This document shows, one piece after another, positions 21,801 through 26,909 of a stretch of DNA of 27,654 bases. Both the position numbers and the translations under genes were made by a program. The notes under the pieces were generated by a model. That model had not been told where the DNA came from. It saw only the letters and a program-made list of their open reading frames with translations, and did not search any database. Position 1 is the stretch's first letter. Each line of letters starts with the position of its first letter. The stretch is from positions 1 to 27,654 of the IMG/VR virus record IMGVR_UViG_3300044513_001444; one strand, 5' to 3'. Source of the DNA: a virus. Its lineage: Duplodnaviria > Caudoviricetes.

Positions 21801-22268
21801 ACTACCAGAAGCATGGGAAGAAGCTGTTGTTTTTTGCCAAACAACATTGCCGTTGGTATTAGATGCGTTATATGTACTAATTCCACTAAATCCTCTAGTG
21901 CATCCAGTGAAGGATGTACTAGTTTTATCGGTATATGTGATAATCTCGTTATCTACCTTTAAAAGTCCGTGATGACTAGGATAACCATCTGTGCTGTCAA
22001 CATAGACAGTATCATCAGAATCAGAAATATCTGCAGTTAGATTTGTTGTTCCTCTGATTACATCTGTAGTTAAGTTGTCTAACTTGATGTAAGCATCGAT
22101 ATTTTCCGCAATATCAGCAGGTCCCCCCTGATAATCTTGGGAGATATAATACTGCTTTAGGAAATCGACAAACGCTGGATTCTCCGAAACTGCAAACTCA
22201 GGTACAGTTTCACTTACTACTTGGTAAGTCTTGATTCTGGGACTTAAAGGCGAATTTGTCTCGATCAT
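9822..22268 (-). CDS. gp7: Baseplate wedge initiator gp7 (giant cyanophage form), 4148 aa
   Basis: Sits between gp6 and gp8. N-terminal F..FLKQYY.SQ and IK..RSLY..KGT.DSFKILFKALFG motifs, plus LPDNDYYQNMSYAIES...HPAGMKNFA, match gp7-type wedge proteins. It is expanded with many beta-rich repeats. Confidence 0.85.
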   Translation of the reverse strand: MIETNSPLSPRIKTYQVVSETVPEFAVSENPAFVDFLKQYYISQDYQGGPADIAENIDAYIKLDNLTTDVIRGTTNLTADISDSDDTVYVDSTDGYPSHHGLLKVDNEIITYTDKTSTSFTGCTRGFSGISTYNASNTNGNVVWQKTTASSHASGSAVINVSALFLKEFYKKLKGMYAPGLEGVTLSPDLNVNNFIKEARSLYEAKGTEDSFKILFKALFGIDPKINDLEKFLIKPSYANFVRRKTISVELISGNPQNLIGETLFQDDDPNNSNYNAASGPISEISNIRDGYYKISLFTGFDERSLTDGTFRVSGRTRNIGDIGIGASVITVDSTIGFSSIGTLKLGSPGDSYYQTVSYGTKSINQFFDITPTITTTIPDNSKISAPNVVYGYENGDTAKKVEMRVTGVLNEFITNQGLQNLDSTSSIRVKNLGRYIDNPDNDKNYEEIFFNSWIYNTSTRYFVESFAGSNFVLVGNVDKSSLRVGDNAQLLTRGNTEIVADNLRVTSINTTSNTVTLSGTIPTLNPLTDYDIRRVQNKARSTIVPVKGGQEQLLTDINNAYIVSENESNSGKREAYVASSSLPSYPIITDKIHAELTNPSLALGNWQGYSSVENAYSIIAFSNNVPFKTGDKVYYNPGPGTEQIGGLEQKDYFVKVLSPANRIQLFASRAFIKADLPEYFVPPTTTTGTHDFILSSQGNRNIFPSRPIRRYILEQDLKSGKEDQTTSEFTSDGNTGMLINGTEILNYKGEDTVYYGELKSVDILSGGTNYDVMYPPSITINESNVSAANTAAALAVVSGNIKNILVDPVTFDIDTIISVEIYGGNGKGARGRAVTEERYREISFSGISTLSGGSVNATNDVVTFSSDHNLLTGDRIIYDNNGNSNLGIATTGSSNQELTLMSGQDYYIHANSTNSISLYYSKNDAILGISSIQISEDAAAANTGLHIFRTYEQRTTIGRVSVEDPGEGYTNRHIIVKSSGINTARDFVEFKNHRFSDGEVVNYTFDTTAVTGLSSTKQYQVIKLDDNRFRLAEAGNKGDRDPVTTNYERRLHVYLDSVGSGYQRFYYPQIECKIKVLTENQTEEELTATPIVRGSIVDTVLYEKGSNYGSSIINFENAPTISFPSGSFGQIGIIISNGRIISAFVLAGGNGYSGPPEIEVLSTKSTASGAVLRAEVTNGSISDVKIISGGVGYTNDTTTIRISNPGSNLRLRASLRPLVLNKAYGLNPTQLNYLAPVGDGLAVNSIGYGNSIRTFFGDDGSGHSPIIGWAYDGNPIYGPFGLEDPDNVQSDVKRMVSGYEIVPSNISNRPSIVDFPYGSLINDHVYTGVGDLDDHNGRFTKTPEFPDGVYAYFATVDNLYNPVFPFYIGNTFRSFAIPENTVRGLLIDQTNFNFENSPLVRNTFPYNLFGDGKAYDYVFQPYNTNNQESLPDKLGIGSVTSINVLARGSGYTVKDQLVFDETGTNGGGLSAEVQRIYGKTVDRVSSSITRFTDVPMEYRRDGIIFKVTPYHEFQTNDSVGITGISTYIKGLEGYRTISAPLYKTNLIDDGYTGIITDLRVDYVPSVVSAGDSIGIGTETMRVLNTFPSEGIIRVERYAGFTTASAGAAVTYFNSELTVLIRDIVPFKSEFQDIYYFNPKEAVGVGTTVGFSTSVNVSLNGVTKTRSILSQSIFLANHSLKNNDIVTFDKRGNSDIFATDSISPYTTPSALSGDYYIVRKTQNTIGIKTTPEGPELFFTNTGDDKANYSFVTNYAQQTADIERSVLTVVTNENHDLSVGDDFNLVVRPGLSTGIGQSTTAVVKLIDGQLIINPIGIPTTGINTTTNTFTVANHSLETGFKVLAYGAGGISTSLPDGLEQRNYFVLRIDQDTFQLTNSKKQLLTNPPEIVSVSDFGYDGQTLNPINPPIKVTRRNNLVFNLNDTSLSGSKFKLFYDSNYFNEYVGTGSTDNLEIVGVGTVGIGTTNPNDYPTKTVTFSKQLRNEVYYGLEKGGYMSTADRDVDGRTKILYVDSAFNGNYTISGIGSTTFDATLVYEPELSEYLSADCDELYYTTTSIGATGGIAKVRVNNGGFGYSKFPAIVSIGNSGVSADLQLVGKSINLLESVSVPTDVYGYPADNTLKPDAFLPRVVKIKNADKVIESEVRYGGRSYLNAPSLVLYDLTTGEIVNNGLITCELSDSAVNSVSVVVQPRGLTNNDYGLAPLRNSNGISIIEAFSDVGVLTCKITTPILGYIDEPFVTGEVVYLEGIEFNNDGDGFNSGDYKFADFTIANYNSAVNPRQVTFTYAGLTTNVGTGATVQPGFGQIVKSTDLARFTVTKSFSEFAQNEPLRRNNDLETDLVMRSINTSTGVMVIEGSRPLEPDDLLVGTNSGDKAEVDVVQEFDGYFNISATIDADLGWSDNIGLIGDNNQYLPDNDYYQNMSYAIESEKTYNEIVTYVNNIAHPAGMKNFANTQILSVGNAGESTQPADDAGGFVLDFISDPLRVDAIYGFDQSRDVDSADNVSKFVELRSTRLSDFILNKTNRVLVHDDISPLFVSNESNDLSDDRTIAAAVAGRNFSRYLVQTTHAAENPLNNQYQLNELVLVVVNGNTYLLQKSHVNNTNNVGLATGYGEFFSFFNANENVTELRIKPYETFDTDFDIKVLQQGFSADVGIGSTNSGNVVNSSVNKIVGTATTTEIIGFSTTTYVAGIGQFIVVDKADNKIDYVELALQTDGTDTYLTELATFNTRQSLGGLSGPTFMGTFTSSIESGIVKIDYTHSNITAVDVRCKFVSFENVGLGTTSVRHFNLEFTPEGTERTARIVVGSSATTGISTIVGVSSNIDLSFKSTVHVSYGSTQTLHQFYVLSDPEKQDTFISQAPIAAVGTTTGIGTFGAEFSGGKVNLEFYPDAGVSGMVSIFSYNEIMYKDLDPNGTLAGIGSFDYGKVFENVTQNTYLGINNRNIRTFDLTYQGTPIYERDLNPQNPTQINYGTGLISFKHFFSNTEQVTYTPDSNIVGIAASALHYVTGYGSTELPSTVYIVKNNNSQFFISTSITDARLGIAVTFQPGTGSGNKHRFTMEKRDQKTILALGGIVQKPITYTQITYDLDVPINGLVTSFALSGLSTVTSGDLLKVDDEFTIVRTVGFATTSTGPITGIGTWNIAEVERGAVGTSATDHAAGTIGRIHRGAFQILNSQVHFTEAPLGGDLGITDPSNLPYPRASFGGRTYLRIDYDTNELFDDFSDKFDGLENTFPLTATGAAVTGIGTTGGNGVLFINGIFQAPFGENNEGVSNFKIIEEPVSTAASIQFTGITSVGFTDLIIDPDDINQNQLPRGGIIVSVASTPGRGYAPFEGASVRLEVGTGGTITNIIGVSTAGPSVNVTEAFYDNKTGIMTVTTATPHGLLLEDQVKLVGLAFTCPGYGATYSVYDFQYDESTGIATVFTVGAHGLIAGDDVKLAYIGFSCSAPHAGVTTTIFPDGTQGYFYPVNSVGTTTSFITNVGISTIAHTYAGGGQVQTGITTNIFPDHDDPFAVVGFISATQFKTNVGPSTFGHTYVSGGTAAQWHPLTFGSGYRTNLGTIGIAVTSSTGTGATITAVVGAAGSLVFSVTGPGTNYTADDLVLSPEPNGENLPIVGVSRIGLGATTVTGVGCSVSVQIAGVSTSTGIGSNYYQVANWEFAKKGYGFKRGDVFTVTGLSTDPSAGDDFLQFELEVIDVFTDQVASWQFGNIDYLDNIKRYQNGDQKRFILEYQRSIVSFEVDRNDADSKEIDLSAVLLIFINGVIQQPGVNYSFTGGSVLEFTTAPTPEDNVVIFFYRGTIGQDSFLFDVNEIIKVGDSIRLEKSGEVELNMVSQSSENFAQSEDRIVKRIDSAATVETPFYQGVGISNDNYKPLTWIKQKKDILIDGSVVSKARDSIEAQISPIASVIGVVSTTDAFVFVDSTALFKDTDGGLTENFNLAFIAEVGFGTTAVSGINYEDMTGIEPLVANVQGYIGVVTGISTCPGIGTDLALKIQFDVQSYVNDGNDPTGFGTNYPFKLYGSGINTTGVAVTSVDTHDTDIIGITTYNGDNIYYAHAISFVPGTGSRLGVITANIASYTDTTDFVGVGSTAGPYCYFTWGRFGDVDRSTPAVYANVKGLNYDPQLSNYPIVQRRGVGLRGTGGLPKLL
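11649..12170 (-). repeat. Nested pair of about 80-aa repeat units within gp7
   Basis: The unit YDxxTGIxTVxTxxxHGLxxxDxVKLxxxxFxC...TTxIFPD...FxTNVGxSTxxHTYxxGG occurs twice, one copy inside the other. Confidence 0.75.
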
Positions 22269-22269
22269 C

Positions 22270-24189
22270 CTACTGTCTAATTAGCGATCCGTTGGAGTAG
22301 CTAGAAGTGACTTGATATCCAATGCCAGAAATTTGCTGACCAGAGGAAATCGTATCTCTCACGATATTTATCTCAGAGTTTGAGAGGTCTAGACTCAAGT
22401 AAAGATCTTTGAGTCCAATAATATCATTAGATTCAGGGAATGCCTGAACTTCGACGATATTATTACCACTTACCGTGGTTGTAATGTTCACAGCATTGAT
22501 AATAATTTCACCTTTAAGATAATCTACAAGTCCTGCTGACTTGATTACTACCTCTGCATCTCCTCCTTCAACCGCAGCAGGTTTAAAGATTGCAATATCG
22601 CCATATTGACCATCTCCTCTAGGAATGTCGGTCAGATAAACAATTTCATTACTTCCTTGAATGGTGAATCCAGTTGATTTAATGGTTCCACCTCCAGGAA
22701 GGATATGAAATCGATTACCAAAGCATAATTCATATTGTGCGACTTGATTTACAAGGCACTTAAGGTCTCTACGGACTCTAATACGCATAATGTTCGATGT
22801 GATCGCACTATTTGCACGGTCTACAATCCTTTGTGCCTCAGAATACTTGAATCTTCCGCCAAATTTGTTCAAATTGGTAGATCCACCATATTCTGTCAAT
22901 GCTTGAAGGATTTCTGCCTTCAATTCGCTAGCATCATCAAAAACACTGTTGTTATAATAGACTGATGTGTCAAGTTCGACATAAAGAAGTTTTAGATCTT
23001 CGATTCTTTGGTTAATACCAGCAATCGAGTAACTCTTAAGATTGTTTAAAATATTTTGTTTGGTGAAATCGGACAAAAATGTTCCGTTTCTTGGTTTAAT
23101 GCTTAAAACGACAGTTCCATATTCGGGGGGATCTAACTCTTCACCACCAACAACAGAAACGGACTCAGTGTTTGGATAAATTGACTGAACGATCGCTTCA
23201 TAATCGCGTGGTGTGACCGCCCTGTTCTGCGCTGCATACATTCTAGGGGCAAAGTATCGTACAGAGTCAATAGACTCGATATCTGACCCGTTACGGGCGG
23301 TCTGAGAGGTCGTTACGGTTGCCAATTCGTTGGGAATAATACTCGTTCCAGCATCATTTACAATATTCCCAGAAAATGCGAAATTTTTGCCCTCATTTCC
23401 TGCTCGTCCATCAGTAATAATATAAGAAATGTCAACTATATCGCCAACTTCTAATTTTGTACCAAAAAGTCCATCACCAAACAGCAATTCGTAAGTTTCG
23501 TTCGCTGCTTCTTGGATTAAAAAGATATTTGAACTAGAAGTAATATTAATAATATTGTCAACCTTGGCAAAAGCAAGACCAGCAGATGCTCCAGACTTCC
23601 TAACTGTGACTCTGAGTGTATCGACATCAACATTAGGATTCTCAATCAAGAATCTCTGATCTGTACTGCCATCTACAATCCACTGCTTAGTTAAAAGAGT
23701 GCCTTGATAGACTGTTAGACCAGAAAATGTTGCAGTACGCTTAGGATTCGCTCCTGCAACCTCTCCAGCGTCAATTGGACTGGTTATTGTTACATCTTCT
23801 GGGATAGAAAAGACATAAGATGTATTGTTTACGCTTCCAACTGCAACTAATCCGCGCTTAAGAGTTACAGTTGTGGAGTTTCCGCTGAATCTGTACGCAA
23901 AATTAATGATTGCTTCCGCAGCTTTGCGCGATCTAGGTACATATCCAATATTTCTTGCTAAAGATACGACATTTTCCCTCAAAGTTGCTGAATCCAAGAA
24001 GGATTCATTGGCAACCATGTTGCTATTGAATGCCGTAATGTAGGTATTATACGCTAAAGTATCAATCAGGATCGACATATTCGATCCTTCAAAGTCAAAA
24101 TCAGAGAAATCTGAGTTTGCTCTTAGGTAATCTTTGATCGACTGCTTAATTTGGTCGAAATCTAGGTTAGTATACTTGAAAGATGGCAT
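22270..24189 (-). CDS. gp6: Baseplate wedge subunit gp6, 639 aa
   Basis: LDFDQIKQSIKDYL...FSDFDFEGSNMSILIDTLAYNT, ESFLDSATLRENVVSLARNIGYVPRS, YELLFGDG and QNRAVTPRDYE are hallmark T4 gp6 motifs. Confidence 0.95.
   Translation of the reverse strand: MPSFKYTNLDFDQIKQSIKDYLRANSDFSDFDFEGSNMSILIDTLAYNTYITAFNSNMVANESFLDSATLRENVVSLARNIGYVPRSRKAAEAIINFAYRFSGNSTTVTLKRGLVAVGSVNNTSYVFSIPEDVTITSPIDAGEVAGANPKRTATFSGLTVYQGTLLTKQWIVDGSTDQRFLIENPNVDVDTLRVTVRKSGASAGLAFAKVDNIINITSSSNIFLIQEAANETYELLFGDGLFGTKLEVGDIVDISYIITDGRAGNEGKNFAFSGNIVNDAGTSIIPNELATVTTSQTARNGSDIESIDSVRYFAPRMYAAQNRAVTPRDYEAIVQSIYPNTESVSVVGGEELDPPEYGTVVLSIKPRNGTFLSDFTKQNILNNLKSYSIAGINQRIEDLKLLYVELDTSVYYNNSVFDDASELKAEILQALTEYGGSTNLNKFGGRFKYSEAQRIVDRANSAITSNIMRIRVRRDLKCLVNQVAQYELCFGNRFHILPGGGTIKSTGFTIQGSNEIVYLTDIPRGDGQYGDIAIFKPAAVEGGDAEVVIKSAGLVDYLKGEIIINAVNITTTVSGNNIVEVQAFPESNDIIGLKDLYLSLDLSNSEINIVRDTISSGQQISGIGYQVTSSYSNGSLIRQ
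22365..22372 (-). promoter_or_regulatory. Putative internal late promoter (GATAAATA) for gp7
   Basis: NATAAATA inside the gp6 3' end (codons GAG ATA AAT ATC), 97 nt upstream of the gp7 ATG. Confidence 0.55.
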
Positions 24190-24193
24190 TTTT

Positions 24194-24592
24194 TTACCTA
24201 GTTGACTCTAAAATAAACTCAAATTCTTGACTATCAAAGCTTTCACCAACAATATCGTAGGAAATTCTTATATCAAAGGAGTTATCGTCTGGACTTGGGT
24301 TGACTTGAACCTTAGTGTTTGCTATTCTTCCCTCAAATCCGTTCAAAACATCAATGATTTGCTGAGAAATAACACCTGCAGAACCATAATCCACAAAATC
24401 AAAGAGAGAACGAGTCACATCCGTCCCAAGATTGGACGCAAATGGTCGTTCTCCTACGATTGTTTGTACTAAATTTCTAACAGCACGCTTAATTGCCTTC
24501 TCATTTTTGAGAACAGGCAAATCTCCTGTAACAGGATGCGCTTTAAAGGTCAAATCAATGTCCTTAAACGCCCGTGAGTTAGACTCAGCCAT
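24194..24592 (-). CDS. gp25: Baseplate wedge subunit gp25 (GPW/gp25 family), 132 aa
   Basis: FKDIDLTF.AHPVTGDL..LKNE.AIKRAVRNLV.T..GERPF...LG..V..SLF, with a FEGRI variant of the EPR motif. It lies immediately upstream of gp6. Confidence 0.93.
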   Translation of the reverse strand: MAESNSRAFKDIDLTFKAHPVTGDLPVLKNEKAIKRAVRNLVQTIVGERPFASNLGTDVTRSLFDFVDYGSAGVISQQIIDVLNGFEGRIANTKVQVNPSPDDNSFDIRISYDIVGESFDSQEFEFILESTR

Positions 24593-24615
24593 GAATTGGC
24601 ACTATATATCGAGAT

Positions 24616-24623
24616 TATTTATA
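24616..24623 (-). promoter_or_regulatory. T4-type late promoter (TATAAATA) for gp25-gp6
   Basis: Perfect consensus overlapping the TAA of the upstream gene, 24 nt before the gp25 ATG. Confidence 0.8.
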
Positions 24624-24846
24624 CCTTCTTCCCGTAGCTTGGTTCAGTTCCATACTCCCAATCATCGTAATCTTCATCATTACGGATCTGTTCATGTAGT
24701 AAGGTCTGTTTTTTTAGGTCGTGTTTGTGGTCTCCTACCACTTCACGAAGAATTCTGTCTGATTTTGGGTCTGAAATAAGATACTCTGTTCCAAATTCTT
24801 CCTTCATAATGTCACGATTATGGTCGGGAACTGGATGATTAGACAT
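24619..24846 (-). CDS. Conserved acidic hypothetical protein, 75 aa (start moved from the TTG at 24858 to the ATG at 24846)
   Basis: GGAGGG Shine-Dalgarno at 24856-24851, 4 nt before the ATG. The protein reads MSNHPVPDHNRDIMKEEFGTEYLISD...DDWEYGTEPSYGKKV. Confidence 0.75.
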   Translation of the reverse strand: MSNHPVPDHNRDIMKEEFGTEYLISDPKSDRILREVVGDHKHDLKKQTLLHEQIRNDEDYDDWEYGTEPSYGKKV

Positions 24847-24850
24847 TTTG

Positions 24851-24900
24851 CCCTCCAAAAGTTCGTTTGAAGAACTTTTAAAGGGGTTGCTATCCCTGAA
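24851..24900 (-). promoter_or_regulatory. Structured 5' leader with two hairpins directly before the RBS
   Basis: The minus strand reads AGGGATAGCAACCCCT (hairpin 1, 24897-24882), then AAAAGTTC-TTCAAAC-GAACTTTT (perfect 8-bp stem, 24879-24857), then GGAGGG. Confidence 0.5.
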
Positions 24901-24902
24901 AT

Positions 24903-24910
24903 TATTTAGT
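24903..24910 (-). promoter_or_regulatory. Putative late promoter (ACTAAATA)
   Basis: Overlaps the TAA of 24906..25676 and directly precedes the hairpin leader. Confidence 0.65.
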
Positions 24911-25676
24911 CTGCGTTAATACAGCGAGGATCGCACTCATATTGACCACAATTAGGGCATGCAACCCTTACAAGTGATTGAGTAAAGTCGTCTGGAATGT
25001 CTGGATACATGGAATTTAGGTAATCCTGTTGAATTTCTTCCTCGGTTTTCCAAAAATACTCAGTGTTATCACCCAATCTACCCCATCTTACACCCTGTTC
25101 TACTTGGAAAATGTGTGTACTGACCTTAAAATCAGGAACGAGCGGCGTTTCGGGGGTAATAGACAGGTCAAAGATCCTTGTTCTATTGTTTGGATAGAGA
25201 CAAAACTGTCCATTCTCCAGTTCAATGCAATTATGTGACTTATGTTCGTCTGGAACTTCGCTTACATTGCAGTTTGTAGTGTCTACATCAGGATGAAAGT
25301 TGTCTAGAGTGAAGCGATATGCCCCTCTAAGGGACCCGAAATTGCGTGTGCGTACCTCGAAGTCCATTGAAGTGATAAAGGACTTCTCAAGGCATCTAAC
25401 GCCATAGTCCATACAGTTCCAAAACTGAAGGTTAGGAAGGTCAAGATCAGGGTCGGGCAGTTCGGGACGCGCTAAAAAAGCAGAAATCGGGAGTTTGTCA
25501 AACATTGCACCATACTTAGGCAAGTATGTCTCAAAATAAAAAGCGCGTCCAGGGATCGACTTAACCGATACCCAGACGCCCTCTACAAATTCACCAAACC
25601 CATCCTGAAGATCTCTAAGGTATTCTTTACGAACCCAGACTTTCTGAGGCGGAAGATTGATGATTAGTTGACTCAT
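24906..25676 (-). CDS. Conserved cyanophage hypothetical protein, 256 aa, with a Cys-rich C-terminal tail
   Basis: NLPP.KVWVRKEYL.D...GFGEFVEGVWVS.KSIPGRAFYFETYL, LQFWNCMDY and EHKSHN...LENGQF.LYPNNR motifs recall a cyanomyovirus family of unknown function. Confidence 0.8.
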   Translation of the reverse strand: MSQLIINLPPQKVWVRKEYLRDLQDGFGEFVEGVWVSVKSIPGRAFYFETYLPKYGAMFDKLPISAFLARPELPDPDLDLPNLQFWNCMDYGVRCLEKSFITSMDFEVRTRNFGSLRGAYRFTLDNFHPDVDTTNCNVSEVPDEHKSHNCIELENGQFCLYPNNRTRIFDLSITPETPLVPDFKVSTHIFQVEQGVRWGRLGDNTEYFWKTEEEIQQDYLNSMYPDIPDDFTQSLVRVACPNCGQYECDPRCINAD

Positions 25677-25830
25677 TTTCTTGTGTGTAAGTTGCAGGAT
25701 GGAAATTACAATACTCGTTGAAGGTAATCTTCATCTCTTTATTACTTAGGTTGCAATGCTGTGCTGCTTTAGGAAGATTCCATTTGGCAGTGAACAGCAT
25801 ATGCATTGCTTCACGAGTTTCAGGTCTCAC
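25627..25830 (-). CDS. Conserved hypothetical protein, 67 aa, possibly HTH-like
   Basis: The GTG start overlaps the upstream TGA (GTGA). WNLPKAAQHCNLSNKEMKITFNEYC has an AA..(C/L)NLS helix-turn-helix-like pattern. The 3' end overlaps the next gene by 50 nt. Confidence 0.7.
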   Translation of the reverse strand: MRPETREAMHMLFTAKWNLPKAAQHCNLSNKEMKITFNEYCNFHPATYTQENESTNHQSSASESLGS

Positions 25831-25973
25831 TTACCTTGACCACGATACTTCTTCTTAGCCGAGTTACGCGCCGTCGCGCTACATTTTGTATTCTTAGAGT
25901 TGCCTTGACGAGTGTTTTTGGGTTTGTGCTCAATGATCCTTTTGTTGGTCAGAGAGGACTTCATTTTAGCCAT
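25827..25973 (-). CDS. Small highly basic protein, 48 aa (not in the ORF track)
   Basis: MAKMKSSLTNKRIIEHKPKNTRQGNSKNTKCSATARNSAKKKYRGQGK. It overlaps its neighbours at both ends, and the TRQG...YRGQG pattern recurs in T4-like phages. Confidence 0.82.
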   Translation of the reverse strand: MAKMKSSLTNKRIIEHKPKNTRQGNSKNTKCSATARNSAKKKYRGQGK

Positions 25974-26127
25974 GGTCTTCTTTCATCCTATAAGAAATGT
26001 CGTTAAGGGCAGGAACCCCCGTTTCATAATGATCATACGCGAGTTCCTGCATAATGTCAAAGAATTCGTCTTCACTTACATCGGTGTACTTCTCAGTACC
26101 GTTGATATAGATCGTGTAGACTGTCAT
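25966..26127 (-). CDS. Small acidic hypothetical protein, 53 aa (not in the ORF track)
   Basis: MTVYTIYINGTEKYTDVSEDEFFDIMQELAYDHYETGVPALNDISYRMKEDHG. It starts 6 nt after the glycosyltransferase stop and overlaps the next gene by 8 nt. Confidence 0.8.
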   Translation of the reverse strand: MTVYTIYINGTEKYTDVSEDEFFDIMQELAYDHYETGVPALNDISYRMKEDHG

Positions 26128-26133
26128 ATTATA

Positions 26134-26886
26134 TCAGATGACACGCATCTTTTCGTGACCAACCCGAATACGGGGATCGCACCAAATCTCGTATCCTGCT
26201 TCGATAGCATCGAGACAGAAACTCACATCCTCGCCGCACATGTCTTGAACATCGCCAGACTCGAAGACTTGCATCTTCGGAGCAAACCAAGGATACTTCA
26301 TCTCGGGATTCTCAAAGACGCCATGCTTAATGAGCACCCATCCGAAACCAGTGTAGTCAACCGTGAAGGGCTTCTTACGCTTGGACATGGTTTCGCCAGT
26401 CTCGTGGTTCATAACACCACCGTTGTTACGGAAGTCACCTTCCTCCAACCAGTGTGCTACAGAGGTGGTACGACCGTCTTCAGTCATGTACCAACCAGCA
26501 GCAATGTCCTTATCCATGAGAACCAGTTGCAGGAACTTCTCGGTGTTGAAGACAATATCCGAGTCAATCCACAGTTGGTAGTCATACTTAAGTTTGCCAT
26601 CCCAGGGAATCTGATCAGGACCCCGAAGGACATTCGCGCCCAGACACTTACAACGAGCAAAGTTAACCATGCTGCTGTAGTCTTGGGAAATCTGAATACT
26701 TGCCCCCATCTGAACGAGATCAAAGCTCAGTTGAAGGAAAGACTTCAGGAATTGGAAGGAGCAACCACGACCAGGAAGACAGAAGACGATTGCTTTACCA
26801 CGGAGCATTTCCCGTGCTGCATCATAATCCCATTCTTGTTCTTTCTGTTCTGGCGCTTTTGCTTTTACAGTAAATCCTTTAGCCAT
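26134..26886 (-). CDS. Glycosyltransferase-like protein (GT-A fold, GT2-like), 250 aa
   Basis: IVFCLPG strand, VNFARCK, YQLWIDSDIVF (DxD motif), VDYTGFGWVLIK, GEDVSFC and IRVGHEK together form the characteristic GT-A motif series. Confidence 0.8.
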   Translation of the reverse strand: MAKGFTVKAKAPEQKEQEWDYDAAREMLRGKAIVFCLPGRGCSFQFLKSFLQLSFDLVQMGASIQISQDYSSMVNFARCKCLGANVLRGPDQIPWDGKLKYDYQLWIDSDIVFNTEKFLQLVLMDKDIAAGWYMTEDGRTTSVAHWLEEGDFRNNGGVMNHETGETMSKRKKPFTVDYTGFGWVLIKHGVFENPEMKYPWFAPKMQVFESGDVQDMCGEDVSFCLDAIEAGYEIWCDPRIRVGHEKMRVI

Positions 26887-26909
26887 AATGTGTGTACTAG
26901 TACTTCATC

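Noticed and set aside
9822-22268. Intein, intron or programmed frameshift as an explanation for the size of gp7
   Set aside because: The frame is uninterrupted, I saw no intein splice motifs or LAGLIDADG/HNH signatures, and repeated structural modules account for the size.
10272-24043. Short overlapping ORFs within gp7 and gp6 (for example 10632..11417 +)
   Set aside because: They are antisense or out-of-frame artefacts entirely inside well-supported structural genes.
24847-24858. TTG start at 24858 for the gene upstream of gp25
   Set aside because: The extension contains the GGAGGG Shine-Dalgarno itself and starts within a hairpin, so the ATG at 24846 is the better start.
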